From Anaerolineae bacterium (lineage in GTDB: Bacteria > Chloroflexota > Anaerolineae > 4572-78 > JBHHXL01), in assembly GCA_046757065.1 (NCBI GenBank), contig JBHHXL010000001.1:1-59713 (forward strand): a stretch of DNA of 59,713 bases, read 5' to 3'. A program made the position numbers and the translations under genes. Below are positions 18,350 to 27,490 of this stretch, one piece after another. Position 1 is the stretch's first letter. Every line of letters begins with the position of its first letter. The notes beneath the pieces were generated by a model. That model ran no database searches and had not been told where the DNA came from. It saw only the letters and a list, made by a program, of their open reading frames with translations.

Positions 18350-19489
18350 ATGAAGGTAGCCATTAACGCCTGGTTTTGGGACAGACCATCGGTTGGCAGC
18401 GGCCAATATCTTCATCACCTGGTGCCAGCCCTGCTCGAGGTCGATTCCACCCTGGAAATAACCCTGGTTGTCCCTGAGCGCAAGCTGGTCCACGAAGCGC
18501 CGCACCTGCTCAAACTGGCCTCTGTCCATCCCGTGCGCGTTCGGGTAGGCAATCTGGGGAAAGTCTGGTTCGAGCAACGCCTGTTTCCCCGCGCCTGCCG
18601 CCAGGTTGGGGCGGACCTGGCCCACGTGCCCTACTTCGGTTCGCCGCTGGCCCCGCCCCTGCCGACCGTTGTCACAATTCACGACCTGATCCCGATGGTC
18701 CTGCCTGAATATCGAGGGGGGCTATCGGTGCGCCTGTACACCTCGTTGGTGGCGGCAGCGGCAGGCCAGGCCGACCTGATCCTGACCGATTCGCAGGCCA
18801 GCAGCCGCGATATTCTGGCCCGGCTGCACCTTCCCCCGGAGCGGGTACGCGTGGTCTACCTGGCCCCGGCCCCTCAGTTTGAACCGGTCGTCGATTGGGA
18901 GGCCCTGGATGCGGTTAAAGAGAAATACGGCCTGCCGGAAAACTTCATCCTGTACATGGGCGGCTTCGACGCCCGCAAGAACGTGGCGGCTTTGCTGCAC
19001 GCCTGGACCTGGGTGGCCAGGGCGCTCGGAGATGAATACCCTCTGGTGCTGGCCGGCCAGCTCCCGGACGGCGATAGCCCCCTCTTCCCCGATCCGCTGC
19101 CGGTTGCCCGCGCCCTGGGCATCGATGACCTGGTGATCACGCCCGGCTGGATCGAGGAGGCGGACAAACCGGCGCTGTACAGCGCGGCCCAGGTCTTCGT
19201 CTACCCCTCTCGCTACGAGGGCTTTGGTCTGCCGGTTCTGGAAGCGATGGCCTGCGGCACGCCGGTGGTCACCACCACAGCAGCCTCATTGCCAGAGTTG
19301 ACCGGGCCGCACGCCTTTCAAATCGACCCGGATGATACGAAGCACCTGGCCTCGCCCATCATCGCCCTGACGGTGCAGGAAGATACCCACCAGGAAATGA
19401 GCGAGCGCGGCTTGTGGCAGGCTTCGCAATTCACCTGGGAGAAGGCGGCGCAACAAACGCTGCAAGCCTACCAGGATGTCATGGTCTAG
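18350..19489 (+). CDS. Glycosyltransferase family 4 (GT-B, GT1-domain)
   Basis: C-terminal VYPSRYEGFGLPVLEAMACGTPVV motif. ATG at 18350 after GGAGG. Confidence 0.8.
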   Translation: MKVAINAWFWDRPSVGSGQYLHHLVPALLEVDSTLEITLVVPERKLVHEAPHLLKLASVHPVRVRVGNLGKVWFEQRLFPRACRQVGADLAHVPYFGSPLAPPLPTVVTIHDLIPMVLPEYRGGLSVRLYTSLVAAAAGQADLILTDSQASSRDILARLHLPPERVRVVYLAPAPQFEPVVDWEALDAVKEKYGLPENFILYMGGFDARKNVAALLHAWTWVARALGDEYPLVLAGQLPDGDSPLFPDPLPVARALGIDDLVITPGWIEEADKPALYSAAQVFVYPSRYEGFGLPVLEAMACGTPVVTTTAASLPELTGPHAFQIDPDDTKHLASPIIALTVQEDTHQEMSERGLWQASQFTWEKAAQQTLQAYQDVMV

Positions 19490-19493
19490 CATC

Positions 19494-19537
19494 GGATTAG
19501 ATTGGTTCAATCTCGGAGATTGAACCAATCTGGCACA
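19494..19537. repeat. 44-nt palindromic repeat, copy 1 (identical copy at 32701-32744)
   Basis: GGATTAGATTGGTTCAATCTCGGAGATTGAACCAATCTGGCACA, with 16-nt arms AGATTGGTTCAATCTC / GAGATTGAACCAATCT. Lies 5 nt after a plus-strand stop codon. Confidence 0.85.
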
Positions 19538-19545
19538 AACTTACT

Positions 19546-20775
19546 ATGAAAATCGTAATGATCTCCAAAGCCCTCATCGTGGGGACCTACCAGAAAAAGC
19601 TGGAGGAAATGGCGGCGGTGCCCGACATCGACCTGACCGTCGTCGTGCCCCCCTGCTGGATCGACGAGCGGGGCACAATGCCCCTGGAACGCGTTTACAC
19701 CCAGGGCTATGACCTGCGCGTGACCGAGATCGCTTTGAACGGCCATTTCCATTTGCACTACTACCCCAGGTTGAAAAAAATTATCCAAGAAGTTCAACCG
19801 GACGTGGTTCACATCGATGAGGAACCGTATAATGTGGCCTCTTTCCAGGCGATGCGTCTGGCCCGCCGGGTTGGGGCCAGGACCGTCGTTTTCACCTGGC
19901 AGAACTTGCGGCGCAGCTACCCGCCTCCCTTCAGATGGATAGAGCGTTACGTCCTCCGTAACACCGACGCCCTGATCGCCGGCAACAGCGAAGCCATTGA
20001 CGTCTGGCGGGCCAAGAAATATGGCGGCCCCATCTATGTCATCCCCCAATTTGGGGTGGACCCCCGCATCTTTCAACGCCAGGAACACGCCATCCGCAAG
20101 AGCAAACCCAGCATCCTGCTGCGGCGCAGCGCCCGCCGGCCCAGCCAGCCCCATCTGACCATTGGTTACGTTGGCCGCCTGGTTCCCCAAAAAGGGATCG
20201 ATATTCTGTTGCAGGCGGCAGCCAGGCTGGAGGGGCCCTGGGACTTGAAAATTCTGGGTGGCGGCCCGGAACGCTATCGCCTGGAACGGATGGCCCAATG
20301 GCTGGGGATTTCCGGCCGGGTTACCTTTTCCCCGCAATTGCCCTCCACCCATTTGCCCAATTACTTGAGCGGGCTCGACGTGCTGGTGCTGCCCTCGCTC
20401 AGCCGGCCCAATTGGAAGGAGCAGTTCGGGCGGGTGCTGGTTGAAGCAATGGCCTGCAATGTGGTCGTGGTCGGCGCCGAATCGGGGGCCATCCCCGAGG
20501 TCGTTGGCGATGCCGGGCTGACCTTCCCGGAAGGCGACATTGAGGCCCTGCACGATCGCTTGCAGCGGTTGTTATCTGACCCTGAATTGCGACAGACGTT
20601 CCAGAAACTGGGCCGCCAACACGTCACGGAACGCTTCACCCAGGCCGCCATCGCCCGGGCCACCGTCAAGGTGTACCGGCAAATTTTAGGGGAAACGGAA
20701 GATGAGCCGACCTCGGACGACCTGCAAGAAGTTCACAACTCAACCCGGCAGGTTAGCTGGTTAACCGGCGATTAA
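19546..20775 (+). CDS. Glycosyltransferase family 4
   Basis: 409 aa. VLPSLSRPNWKEQFGRVLVEAMACNVVVVG GT1-type motif. Confidence 0.8.
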   Translation: MKIVMISKALIVGTYQKKLEEMAAVPDIDLTVVVPPCWIDERGTMPLERVYTQGYDLRVTEIALNGHFHLHYYPRLKKIIQEVQPDVVHIDEEPYNVASFQAMRLARRVGARTVVFTWQNLRRSYPPPFRWIERYVLRNTDALIAGNSEAIDVWRAKKYGGPIYVIPQFGVDPRIFQRQEHAIRKSKPSILLRRSARRPSQPHLTIGYVGRLVPQKGIDILLQAAARLEGPWDLKILGGGPERYRLERMAQWLGISGRVTFSPQLPSTHLPNYLSGLDVLVLPSLSRPNWKEQFGRVLVEAMACNVVVVGAESGAIPEVVGDAGLTFPEGDIEALHDRLQRLLSDPELRQTFQKLGRQHVTERFTQAAIARATVKVYRQILGETEDEPTSDDLQEVHNSTRQVSWLTGD

Positions 20776-20784
20776 CCCTCCCCT

Positions 20785-21462
20785 TCAAGGCCCAAGCACG
20801 ATGCTGTCCTTCAAGCCCTCGAAGGTGACCGGCCCGATGCCGCGCACATTCATAATCTCGTCAACCGTGGCAAAGGGGCCCTGCTCCTCTCGATAGTCGA
20901 TGATCCGTTGGGCAATGACCGGTCCAACGCGGGGCAAGGTCTCCAGCTCTTCAAGCGTGGCCGTGTTGATGTTGATCAACTGCCCCATCGCCGGTGCGCT
21001 GGCCGGCGGCACCGGAGTTGCCCCCGAAGCTTTCTTGATTCCCCCCGAAACCGACGGCAAAGGATTTTGCCCGTCCCGGCGCGGCACGTAGATTTGCTGC
21101 TGGTCACTGAGTTCCTGGGCCAGGTTGATGAGCGCCAAATCCGCTTCCGGCAAAGCGCCCCCCGCCAGGACAATCGCATCTTTGATGAGACTGCCCGGCG
21201 GCAGCCGGTATACGTCGGGGGTTGCCACCGCGCCGCTGACATAAACGCGCAAAGGTTTGGGGGTTGCAGTTGGCGCTATCACGCCGGGGGTTGGCTGCGC
21301 CGTTTCCGCGATGGGGGTGGCGGTCGGGTTGGCTTCGGGGGTGATAATCTCCAGCGGGGGCGGCGCGGGTTTTCGCAGGAAAACAACCACGATCCCCAAT
21401 AGAGCAACATTCAACAGCGTCACAAAAATCGAAGAGCGATGCTGCTCTAACCAGCGGTTCAT
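20785..21462 (-). CDS. comEA: ComEA-like DNA-binding protein (SLBB plus helix-hairpin-helix)
   Basis: N-terminal TM helix. SLBB-like VYVSGAVATPDVYRLPPGS. C-terminal HhH ININTATLEELETLPRVGPVIAQRII...VRGIGPVTFE. Confidence 0.8.
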   Translation of the reverse strand: MNRWLEQHRSSIFVTLLNVALLGIVVVFLRKPAPPPLEIITPEANPTATPIAETAQPTPGVIAPTATPKPLRVYVSGAVATPDVYRLPPGSLIKDAIVLAGGALPEADLALINLAQELSDQQQIYVPRRDGQNPLPSVSGGIKKASGATPVPPASAPAMGQLININTATLEELETLPRVGPVIAQRIIDYREEQGPFATVDEIMNVRGIGPVTFEGLKDSIVLGP

Positions 21463-21570
21463 CGGGCCTTCTCCCTGATTTTCTCTTAACCTTAACCCTT
21501 CAATTGTAATGAACGAAGAAAATCAAAGGATTTGCAGATCAGGGGACCCGCAAGGTATGGAATCTGCCGT

Positions 21571-22263
21571 TTAATTTTGGGAAAAGCGATAGCCGATGCC
21601 GCGCTCGGTGATGATAAACCTGGGGTTGCGGGGATCCGTTTCGATCTTTTTGCGCAAGCGCCAGATGTACCACTTGACGCTATCCAGGCTGGCTTCGGTG
21701 TCGTAAGACCAGACGTTATCAAAAATGATTTCGGTGGGCAATATACGGCCGGCCCGCTCGGCCATATAGAGCAGAAGATCGTATTCGGTCGGCGTCAGGT
21801 CCGCCTCCTCGCCATCGACCATAACCCGGTGCTTGCCGGGGTCGATGATCAGTTTGCCGGAGCCAAAACGCAAGGGCGAGCTGCCGTTGGGGGCCGGCAT
21901 CCGCACCCGTCGCAACACCGCCGATACCCGGGCCTGCAACTCGCCCGGATGGAAGGGCTTGACCACGTAGTCATCGGCGCCTATGTGCAGCCCCCGGATA
22001 ATATCCTCCTGAGCGCCGCGCGCCGTTAACATAATAATCGGCACGCTGGAGATCTCGCGGATGCGCTCGCAGGTTTGCCAGCCGTCCAGGTTGGGCATCA
22101 TCACGTCGAGAACCACCAGATGTGGCTGGGTCTGGTGGAGCAGACGCAAACCACTCTGCCCGTCCGTGGCCGTGGACACTTCATACCCATCGGCAGCCAG
22201 ACTACGCTCAATTAATTGCAGCAATAACCGGTCGTCGTCTATGACTAAAATTCGTTCCGCCAT
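21571..22263 (-). CDS. OmpR/PhoB-family response regulator
   Basis: Receiver ILVIDDD...VVLDVMMP...K, plus a C-terminal winged helix ending GIGYRF. No adjacent histidine kinase. Confidence 0.9.
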   Translation of the reverse strand: MAERILVIDDDRLLLQLIERSLAADGYEVSTATDGQSGLRLLHQTQPHLVVLDVMMPNLDGWQTCERIREISSVPIIMLTARGAQEDIIRGLHIGADDYVVKPFHPGELQARVSAVLRRVRMPAPNGSSPLRFGSGKLIIDPGKHRVMVDGEEADLTPTEYDLLLYMAERAGRILPTEIIFDNVWSYDTEASLDSVKWYIWRLRKKIETDPRNPRFIITERGIGYRFSQN

Positions 22264-22359
22264 TGTCTCTCCAACCCCTTAATTATAGATCACACCCTTC
22301 CTATTCTATGAAGGTTCCGGGCATCTGTCAACGTGCCTTTGGTCCATATCTGGCGGCGG

Positions 22360-23433
22360 TCAGCGCCCGATCGCCCGGCGTTTCAAGCGCAGCAGCCGGG
22401 GCAGACCGACCACGTAGGCCCAATACGCAACCCGATTCGTTGGAAAATCGAAAGCGCCCAAACCGCGAATTAGCTCTCCCCCGAAACCGGCTTTGAAGCG
22501 ATAAACCCCCCACATCGGGTCGGACTCGTCGAAGGCATCCGGCGCGCCCCACATATCGTAACGGCGGCAACCCAGGCGGCGCGCCAGTTGCATAACCTCC
22601 CACTGGAGCAGGTAGTTGGGCATCAGGTTACGGTAGCGATCCGAGGATGCGCCGTACATATACCAGGCCGTATCTTCGAAGTGGAAGAGGATGAGGCCGG
22701 CCACAGGCTCCGGCCCGACCCTGGCCAGGATCAGGCTGGCCCGCCCGGCGGCCATGAACTGCGACCACAGGTCGAGGTAATACGCCTCGGGCCGGATCAG
22801 AAAGCCGTTGCGGCGGCTGGTCTGGGCGTAGAGGCGGTAGAAGGCAGGCAACTCCTCCGCCCCGCCCTGGCTGACAGTCACCCCCTTGCGCGCCGCCAGC
22901 CGGATGTTGTAGCGCCACTTACCCTTCATTCGGGCCAGCAATGCGTCCTCATCAACAGATAGGTCAATCACAATCGTGTTGCGAAACTGGATTTGCTGGG
23001 AGGAAAAGCGCCAGCCCTGCGCCGCCAGACAGTCCAGCACCGGTTGGGCCAGGACGTTGTCATTTTCACTCGTCGCGCCGTAGCTGCGCGCGACATCGGG
23101 GTCGATTTTGATAAAAATGGCTCGCCGGGCGCGGGCGAAGCCGGCCAGGGCCGTGAGGACCTGGCGGACCGTCGCCAGGTCCTCGTAATCCAGGGCGGGG
23201 CCTTTGGGAACGTACATCATCCCCCAGGGCGTGCCGGGGATAGCCCGCCGCAAAACCTGGGCGGCGGCCAGCGGGCGGCGGGCGCCGGCCCACAACAGGC
23301 GAACGGGCTGCCAGCCCCACCGGCTCTTAAACTCGCCCCATTCCCACGTTTGCAAAACGTGACGGCAGGGCAGCGCAGCCAGGGCCTCGTTCCATCGAGC
23401 GCGGTCGGTGATGGGCGTGGGCGGGCCGATCAT
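22360..23433 (-). CDS. FemAB-family peptidoglycan interpeptide-bridge peptidyltransferase (paralogue 1)
   Basis: 357 aa. VLQTWEWGEFKSRWGW start and YRFKAGFGG near the C-terminus. Confidence 0.8.
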   Translation of the reverse strand: MIGPPTPITDRARWNEALAALPCRHVLQTWEWGEFKSRWGWQPVRLLWAGARRPLAAAQVLRRAIPGTPWGMMYVPKGPALDYEDLATVRQVLTALAGFARARRAIFIKIDPDVARSYGATSENDNVLAQPVLDCLAAQGWRFSSQQIQFRNTIVIDLSVDEDALLARMKGKWRYNIRLAARKGVTVSQGGAEELPAFYRLYAQTSRRNGFLIRPEAYYLDLWSQFMAAGRASLILARVGPEPVAGLILFHFEDTAWYMYGASSDRYRNLMPNYLLQWEVMQLARRLGCRRYDMWGAPDAFDESDPMWGVYRFKAGFGGELIRGLGAFDFPTNRVAYWAYVVGLPRLLRLKRRAIGR

Positions 23434-24470
23434 GCCGCGCCCCGCCGGGTGAAGCGATCATACAGGCGGTACAGGGGCCAGTTGTAAACATAATCAAAAG
23501 CGCCGGCGCTGCGCACGAGCTGCCCGCCGAAACCGCGCTTGAAGCGATAGACCCCCCACAGCCCATCCTGCCGCCCTCGAAAGTTGGCTTCCAGGGTCGC
23601 CTCGTCGGCATCGGGCACGCCCCACAGATCGTAGGTCGTGCAGCCCGCGCGCCTGGCCCAGCGGATGGCCTCCCATTGCAGCAAATAGGCCGGCATCCGC
23701 TGCCGTTCCAGGTTATTCGAGGCCCCGTAAAGGTAGTAAGCCCGCTTGCCCTGGGCGAAGACCATCAAGGCGGCCAGGGGTTGTCCCTCGAATTCGGCCA
23801 GCAGCAACGCCCGGCGCTCCGGGGGGAACACCTCGAAGGCGGTCCGGTAGTAAGCCGGGCGGTGAATGCCGAAGCCGTTGCGCCGGGCGGTGATCTGGCT
23901 CAACTCGTAAAAAACCGGCAGGTCAGCCACCGTCCCCGGCCGGATGGTCACCCTTTTGCGCCCGGCCAGCCGGATGTTGTAGCGCGTCTTCTGCTTCATC
24001 CCGGCCAGGATTTCCGCCTCGCTGCCGGAAATGGAAATCACGCTGGTCCGGCGTGGCTGGACCGGCGGCGCGTGCCTGAAGCCATACCGGGTCAGGTCTG
24101 GCGCCCGGTCGTCCGAAACATCCGGCTCAATTTTCAGAAAGATGGCGCGCCGCCGCCGGGCGATGGAATGGGCGGCCTGCAAGAAAGCCTCGACCGCCGC
24201 CGGCTTCTCCCAATCGAGCAGCGGGCCTTTGGGGATGTAGGCCACCGACAGCCCAAGCGGCAGCTTGCGGAACAGGACCTGGGCCGCTGCGCCGGCCTCT
24301 TCCACCCACAGGCGGACGGCCCCCCAGCCGAAGCGGCTCTTTAGCTCGCCCCAGGGCCAGCTTTGCAGGAGGTGCGCCGCCGGATAACGAGCCACAATCG
24401 CTTCCCAGGCCGCTAGCTGAGAAATCTGCGTCAATTGTAGGGATAACAACCGGTCCTCCGCCATAGTCAT
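23430..24470 (-). CDS. FemAB-family peptidyltransferase (paralogue 2)
   Basis: 346 aa. LLQSWPWGELKSRFGW and YRFKRGFGG. Overlaps paralogue 1 by 4 nt. Confidence 0.8.
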   Translation of the reverse strand: MTMAEDRLLSLQLTQISQLAAWEAIVARYPAAHLLQSWPWGELKSRFGWGAVRLWVEEAGAAAQVLFRKLPLGLSVAYIPKGPLLDWEKPAAVEAFLQAAHSIARRRRAIFLKIEPDVSDDRAPDLTRYGFRHAPPVQPRRTSVISISGSEAEILAGMKQKTRYNIRLAGRKRVTIRPGTVADLPVFYELSQITARRNGFGIHRPAYYRTAFEVFPPERRALLLAEFEGQPLAALMVFAQGKRAYYLYGASNNLERQRMPAYLLQWEAIRWARRAGCTTYDLWGVPDADEATLEANFRGRQDGLWGVYRFKRGFGGQLVRSAGAFDYVYNWPLYRLYDRFTRRGAA

Positions 24471-24630
24471 TGGAAGCTTCGCCCAAGAAGACTCGTCTGG
24501 ATCGTAACGAAGCCGGGTAAGTTTGTCAAAATTCCTTATGTGTATGGCAGTTATGCCCGGAAATTTGATTCTGTGGTATAATACCGCTCACTTTCAGCCC
24601 GACAGAATCTTGTAACCTGGAGAAGTTATT

Positions 24631-25524
24631 ATGCAAGCCCCCGACCCTATTATCTTTCATATCGGCCCCCTGGCTTTGCGCTGGTACGGCATTCTGATTG
24701 TCACCGGCGCGATTGCGGCCGCTTACGTTGCCACCTTCGAAGCCAACCGCCGCCGGGAAAACCCGGACCACGTCTGGAACGCCCTGATCTGGGTCCTCAT
24801 CGCCGGAATCGTCGGCGCCCGCCTGTATCACGTCTTTTCCACGCCGCAAGGAACCAACCGAAACCTGAGCTACTACCTGGAAAACCCCGTTGACATTTTG
24901 AAAATTTGGGAAGGTGGACTCGGTATTTACGGCGCAGTGCTCGGCGGGGTGTTGGCGATCTGGATTTACGCCCGGCGAAACAACCTCAGCATCTGGCGCT
25001 GGCTGGATATAGCCGCCCCCGGTGTGCTTCTGGCCCAGGCCATTGGGCGCTGGGGAAACTTTTTCAACCAGGAGCTATACGGCCCGCCGACGACGCTGCC
25101 CTGGGGTATCCCCATCACCAACGCCTTGCAGCGCATCCCTCCATACGACGACCTGACGCTCTACCCCCTGGACGCGACGCGGTTTCACCCCACCTTCCTG
25201 TACGAGTCGACCTGGAACTTCGTCTGGTTTCTGATCCTGATGTGGGGTATCCGGCGTTTTCGGGCCAGGCTCCGGGATGGCGATGTGATCTCCCTGTACC
25301 TGATCATCTACCCCCTCGGTCGCATCATCGTTGAGTCCTTCCGGCCCGATGCCTGGACGCTTTACGGCATTCCCACCGCACAGATTGTTTCGGGGTTGTC
25401 GATCCTGCTGGGTATCGGTTTGATGGTCTGGCGGCGGCAGGTTGGGGGCGACTCCTCAGAGCTGGAAACCGTGCCGCAGCGACGGCGGCCTGGCCGCAAG
25501 CCCAAGGGGCGACCGGCCCGCTAG
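24631..25524 (+). CDS. lgt: Prolipoprotein diacylglyceryl transferase
   Basis: IGPLALRWYGILI and GRWGNFFNQELYG signatures. TGgTATAAT extended -10 at about 24574-24582. Confidence 0.9.
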   Translation: MQAPDPIIFHIGPLALRWYGILIVTGAIAAAYVATFEANRRRENPDHVWNALIWVLIAGIVGARLYHVFSTPQGTNRNLSYYLENPVDILKIWEGGLGIYGAVLGGVLAIWIYARRNNLSIWRWLDIAAPGVLLAQAIGRWGNFFNQELYGPPTTLPWGIPITNALQRIPPYDDLTLYPLDATRFHPTFLYESTWNFVWFLILMWGIRRFRARLRDGDVISLYLIIYPLGRIIVESFRPDAWTLYGIPTAQIVSGLSILLGIGLMVWRRQVGGDSSELETVPQRRRPGRKPKGRPAR

Positions 25525-25560
25525 GCAACGATCACCGGACCCATTCTGCGCGAAAACAAG

Positions 25561-25598
25561 GGCCGGGCTTCCGCAATTGAAGCCCGGCCGTTTGATTC
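25561..25598. terminator. Bidirectional intrinsic terminator between lgt and rpoD
   Basis: Stem GGCCGGGCTT / AAGCCCGGCC with a 9-nt loop. Followed by GTTTGATT on the plus strand, and preceded by the complement of TTGTTTTC for the minus strand. Confidence 0.6.
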
Positions 25599-25620
25599 TG
25601 GTCGGTAGGGGATGGCTGAC

Positions 25621-26817
25621 TCAGCTCAAATAATCGCGCAATTGGCGGGAGCGGCGGGGGTGGCGCAGCTTGCGAAGGGCCTGCCCCTCGATTTGGCGGA
25701 TGCGCTCGCGGGTCAGGCCGAATTTCTTGCCAACCTCCTCCAGGGTGTAGCTGCGGCCGTTCTGCAAACCAAAGCGCAGGCGCAAAATGCGGGCCTCGCG
25801 CGGGGTCAGCGTGGAGAGCACATCTTCCAGTTTTTCTTGTAAAAGACGGTGGTAAGCGGTGTCTGGGGGGGTGGGCGCGTCTTCATCTTCGATGAAATTG
25901 CCCAATTCGCTGTCCTCTTCTTCCCCTACGGGGCGTTCCAACGATACCGGGTGACGGCTAACCCGCAGCATCCAGCGCACCTTGGCCGGTTCCAGCTCAA
26001 GCTCTTCGGCCAGCTCCTCAGGGGTGGGTTTGCGCCCCCATATTTGCTCCAGTTGGCGCGAAACCTGGTGAAGTTTGCGAATGCGGTCGCTCATATGAAC
26101 CGGCACCCGAATGGTGCGCCCCTGGTCGGCCAGGGCGCGGGTGATGGCCTGGCGGATCCACCAGGTGGCGTAGGTGCTAAATTTATACCCCCGATGGTAA
26201 TCAAATTTTTCCACGGCCTTCATCAGACCCAAATTGCCTTCCTGGATCAGGTCTGAGAAAGGCACTCCCTGCCCCATATATTTCTTGGCGATGCTTACCA
26301 CCAGGCGGGTGTTGGCTTTGATCAGATGGTCGCGCGCTCGTTCACCGTCGCGAATAAATTGCAGCAATCGACGGCACTCGTCTTCGCCCAAGGCATTGCC
26401 CCCATCCAACCGCTGCTGGGCTTTGCGTCCACGTTCCAACTGCTTGGCCAAAATGGTTTCCTCTTCCGGAACCAGCAATGGCACGCGGGCCATCTCTTTG
26501 AGATAGAGGCTAATCGTGTCATCGGCAGCAATGCCGCTTAAGTCAAAGGGATCGCCTTCCGCTTCAATAGAAACTCTCTCTTGGTTGGCCAGGCTCTCTT
26601 TCAGTCGCTTGTCCTCCTCAGCCTCCTCGGCATCGGGATAAACCTCAATCCCCCGATTGATCAACTCAATGAATATCTCGTCAAGCTGAGCAACATTTTC
26701 CTCGGCCTCGGGAAAAGCATGCATCAAATCATCAGTTGTTAGATAGCCCTGTTCCACCGCTTTATGCATCAACTCGTTCAGGGCACTTAATTCAGTAATT
26801 ACTGTTTCCTCCGACAT
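25621..26817 (-). CDS. rpoD: Primary RNA polymerase sigma factor (sigma-70)
   Basis: [13 protein letters not shown] (region 2.3/2.4), RTIRVPVHM, and region 4 [15 protein letters not shown]...[18 protein letters not shown]. Confidence 0.92.
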   Translation of the reverse strand: MSEETVITELSALNELMHKAVEQGYLTTDDLMHAFPEAEENVAQLDEIFIELINRGIEVYPDAEEAEEDKRLKESLANQERVSIEAEGDPFDLSGIAADDTISLYLKEMARVPLLVPEEETILAKQLERGRKAQQRLDGGNALGEDECRRLLQFIRDGERARDHLIKANTRLVVSIAKKYMGQGVPFSDLIQEGNLGLMKAVEKFDYHRGYKFSTYATWWIRQAITRALADQGRTIRVPVHMSDRIRKLHQVSRQLEQIWGRKPTPEELAEELELEPAKVRWMLRVSRHPVSLERPVGEEEDSELGNFIEDEDAPTPPDTAYHRLLQEKLEDVLSTLTPREARILRLRFGLQNGRSYTLEEVGKKFGLTRERIRQIEGQALRKLRHPRRSRQLRDYLS

Positions 26818-26978
26818 TCTGACCTGCTACCTCTTCACTGAAGTATTCATACTCAACCATTCCAAGGCCAAACAGTAGCCAGGCAGGAAAAAATCCCCGC
26901 CTGGCAATATACCATTCATCAAAATTGGCCGGCCCTCTCAATTCAAATTGGCTACAGCATTAGCGAACAGGCGTGGCT

Positions 26979-27007
26979 ATTATAGCATACGGGGCTTGCC
27001 ATGTCAA
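26979..27007 (-). promoter_or_regulatory. Consensus sigma-70 promoter for rpoD
   Basis: The minus strand reads TTGACA-(17 nt)-TATAAT exactly, about 160 nt upstream of the rpoD ATG. Confidence 0.65.
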
Positions 27008-27098
27008 CAGGGAAAATTTTATGTAAACTTAATCGTCTCAGGCAACGACTCTGGCCGCAATTGCCTGAATCTCGGGGGCACCCCGACCAAATCTCTAC

Positions 27099-27127
27099 TT
27101 GCCACATATTCAGTTTGATGATATAAT
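27099..27127 (+). promoter_or_regulatory. Near-consensus plus-strand promoter driving a ~355-nt leader or ncRNA
   Basis: TTGCCA-(17 nt)-TATAAT. The next CDS start is at 27491. Confidence 0.5.
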
Positions 27128-27317
27128 ATATGTCAACTTAATATGTTAAGTAACGATATGTCCCCTATGGGTAGTAGTTAAGTCGATTTCACATCCCAGA
27201 TATTGTGGTTTCATCGGTAAGCAGATAGATTGGATAACGGTATTTTCCTGCTGCTAAACTTCGAAACCACGCTGTGTGTTTTCCGGGAGGACCGCCAGAC
27301 GCGTCCGACCGATAGAA

Positions 27318-27418
27318 TCAGGTAAGTAGGGAGGATGGGGTCCCGAAGCGGGTCGATCTTATAAAACTTTGGTCGCACGAAGAGGGCACTAGCAACCCAT
27401 CCTCCCTTACTTACCTGA
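27318..27418. other. Long hairpin (22-bp stem with one bulge, ~56-nt interior)
   Basis: TCAGGTAAGTAGGGAGGATGGG pairs with CCCATCCTCCCTTACTTACCTGA. The interior contains the CCCGaagCGGG mini-hairpin. Confidence 0.6.
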
Positions 27419-27490
27419 ACTTTTACGACCTCGCGCGCGTCACGCCCGGCGCGCCAACTTTAATATCGTAACCGGAGGGGTTGGTTACCC

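Noticed and set aside
19286-19528. Small ORFs starting MVQSPRLNQSNP (19286-19528 and 32553-32735), suggesting a conserved peptide
   Set aside because: The shared N-terminus is only the translation of the identical 44-nt palindromic repeat, and the rest of the two ORFs is unrelated antisense sequence.
19501-19531. GGTTCAATC resembling a tRNA T-arm (GGTTCGAATCC-like)
   Set aside because: There is no acceptor stem, D-arm or anticodon arm around it. The sequence is one arm of a simple 16-nt palindrome present twice in the window.
19507-20553. 348-aa minus-strand ORF antisense to the second GT4 gene, and a similar 462-aa ORF at 51551-52939
   Set aside because: Shadow frames opposite genes with clear GT4, UbiB and PHP motifs.
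27134-27490. Assigning the structured region upstream of 27491 to a known RNA family (6S, SRP, RNase P, tmRNA)
   Set aside because: I could not find any of the conserved sequence blocks of those families by eye. It is left as an unclassified candidate that needs an Rfam scan.
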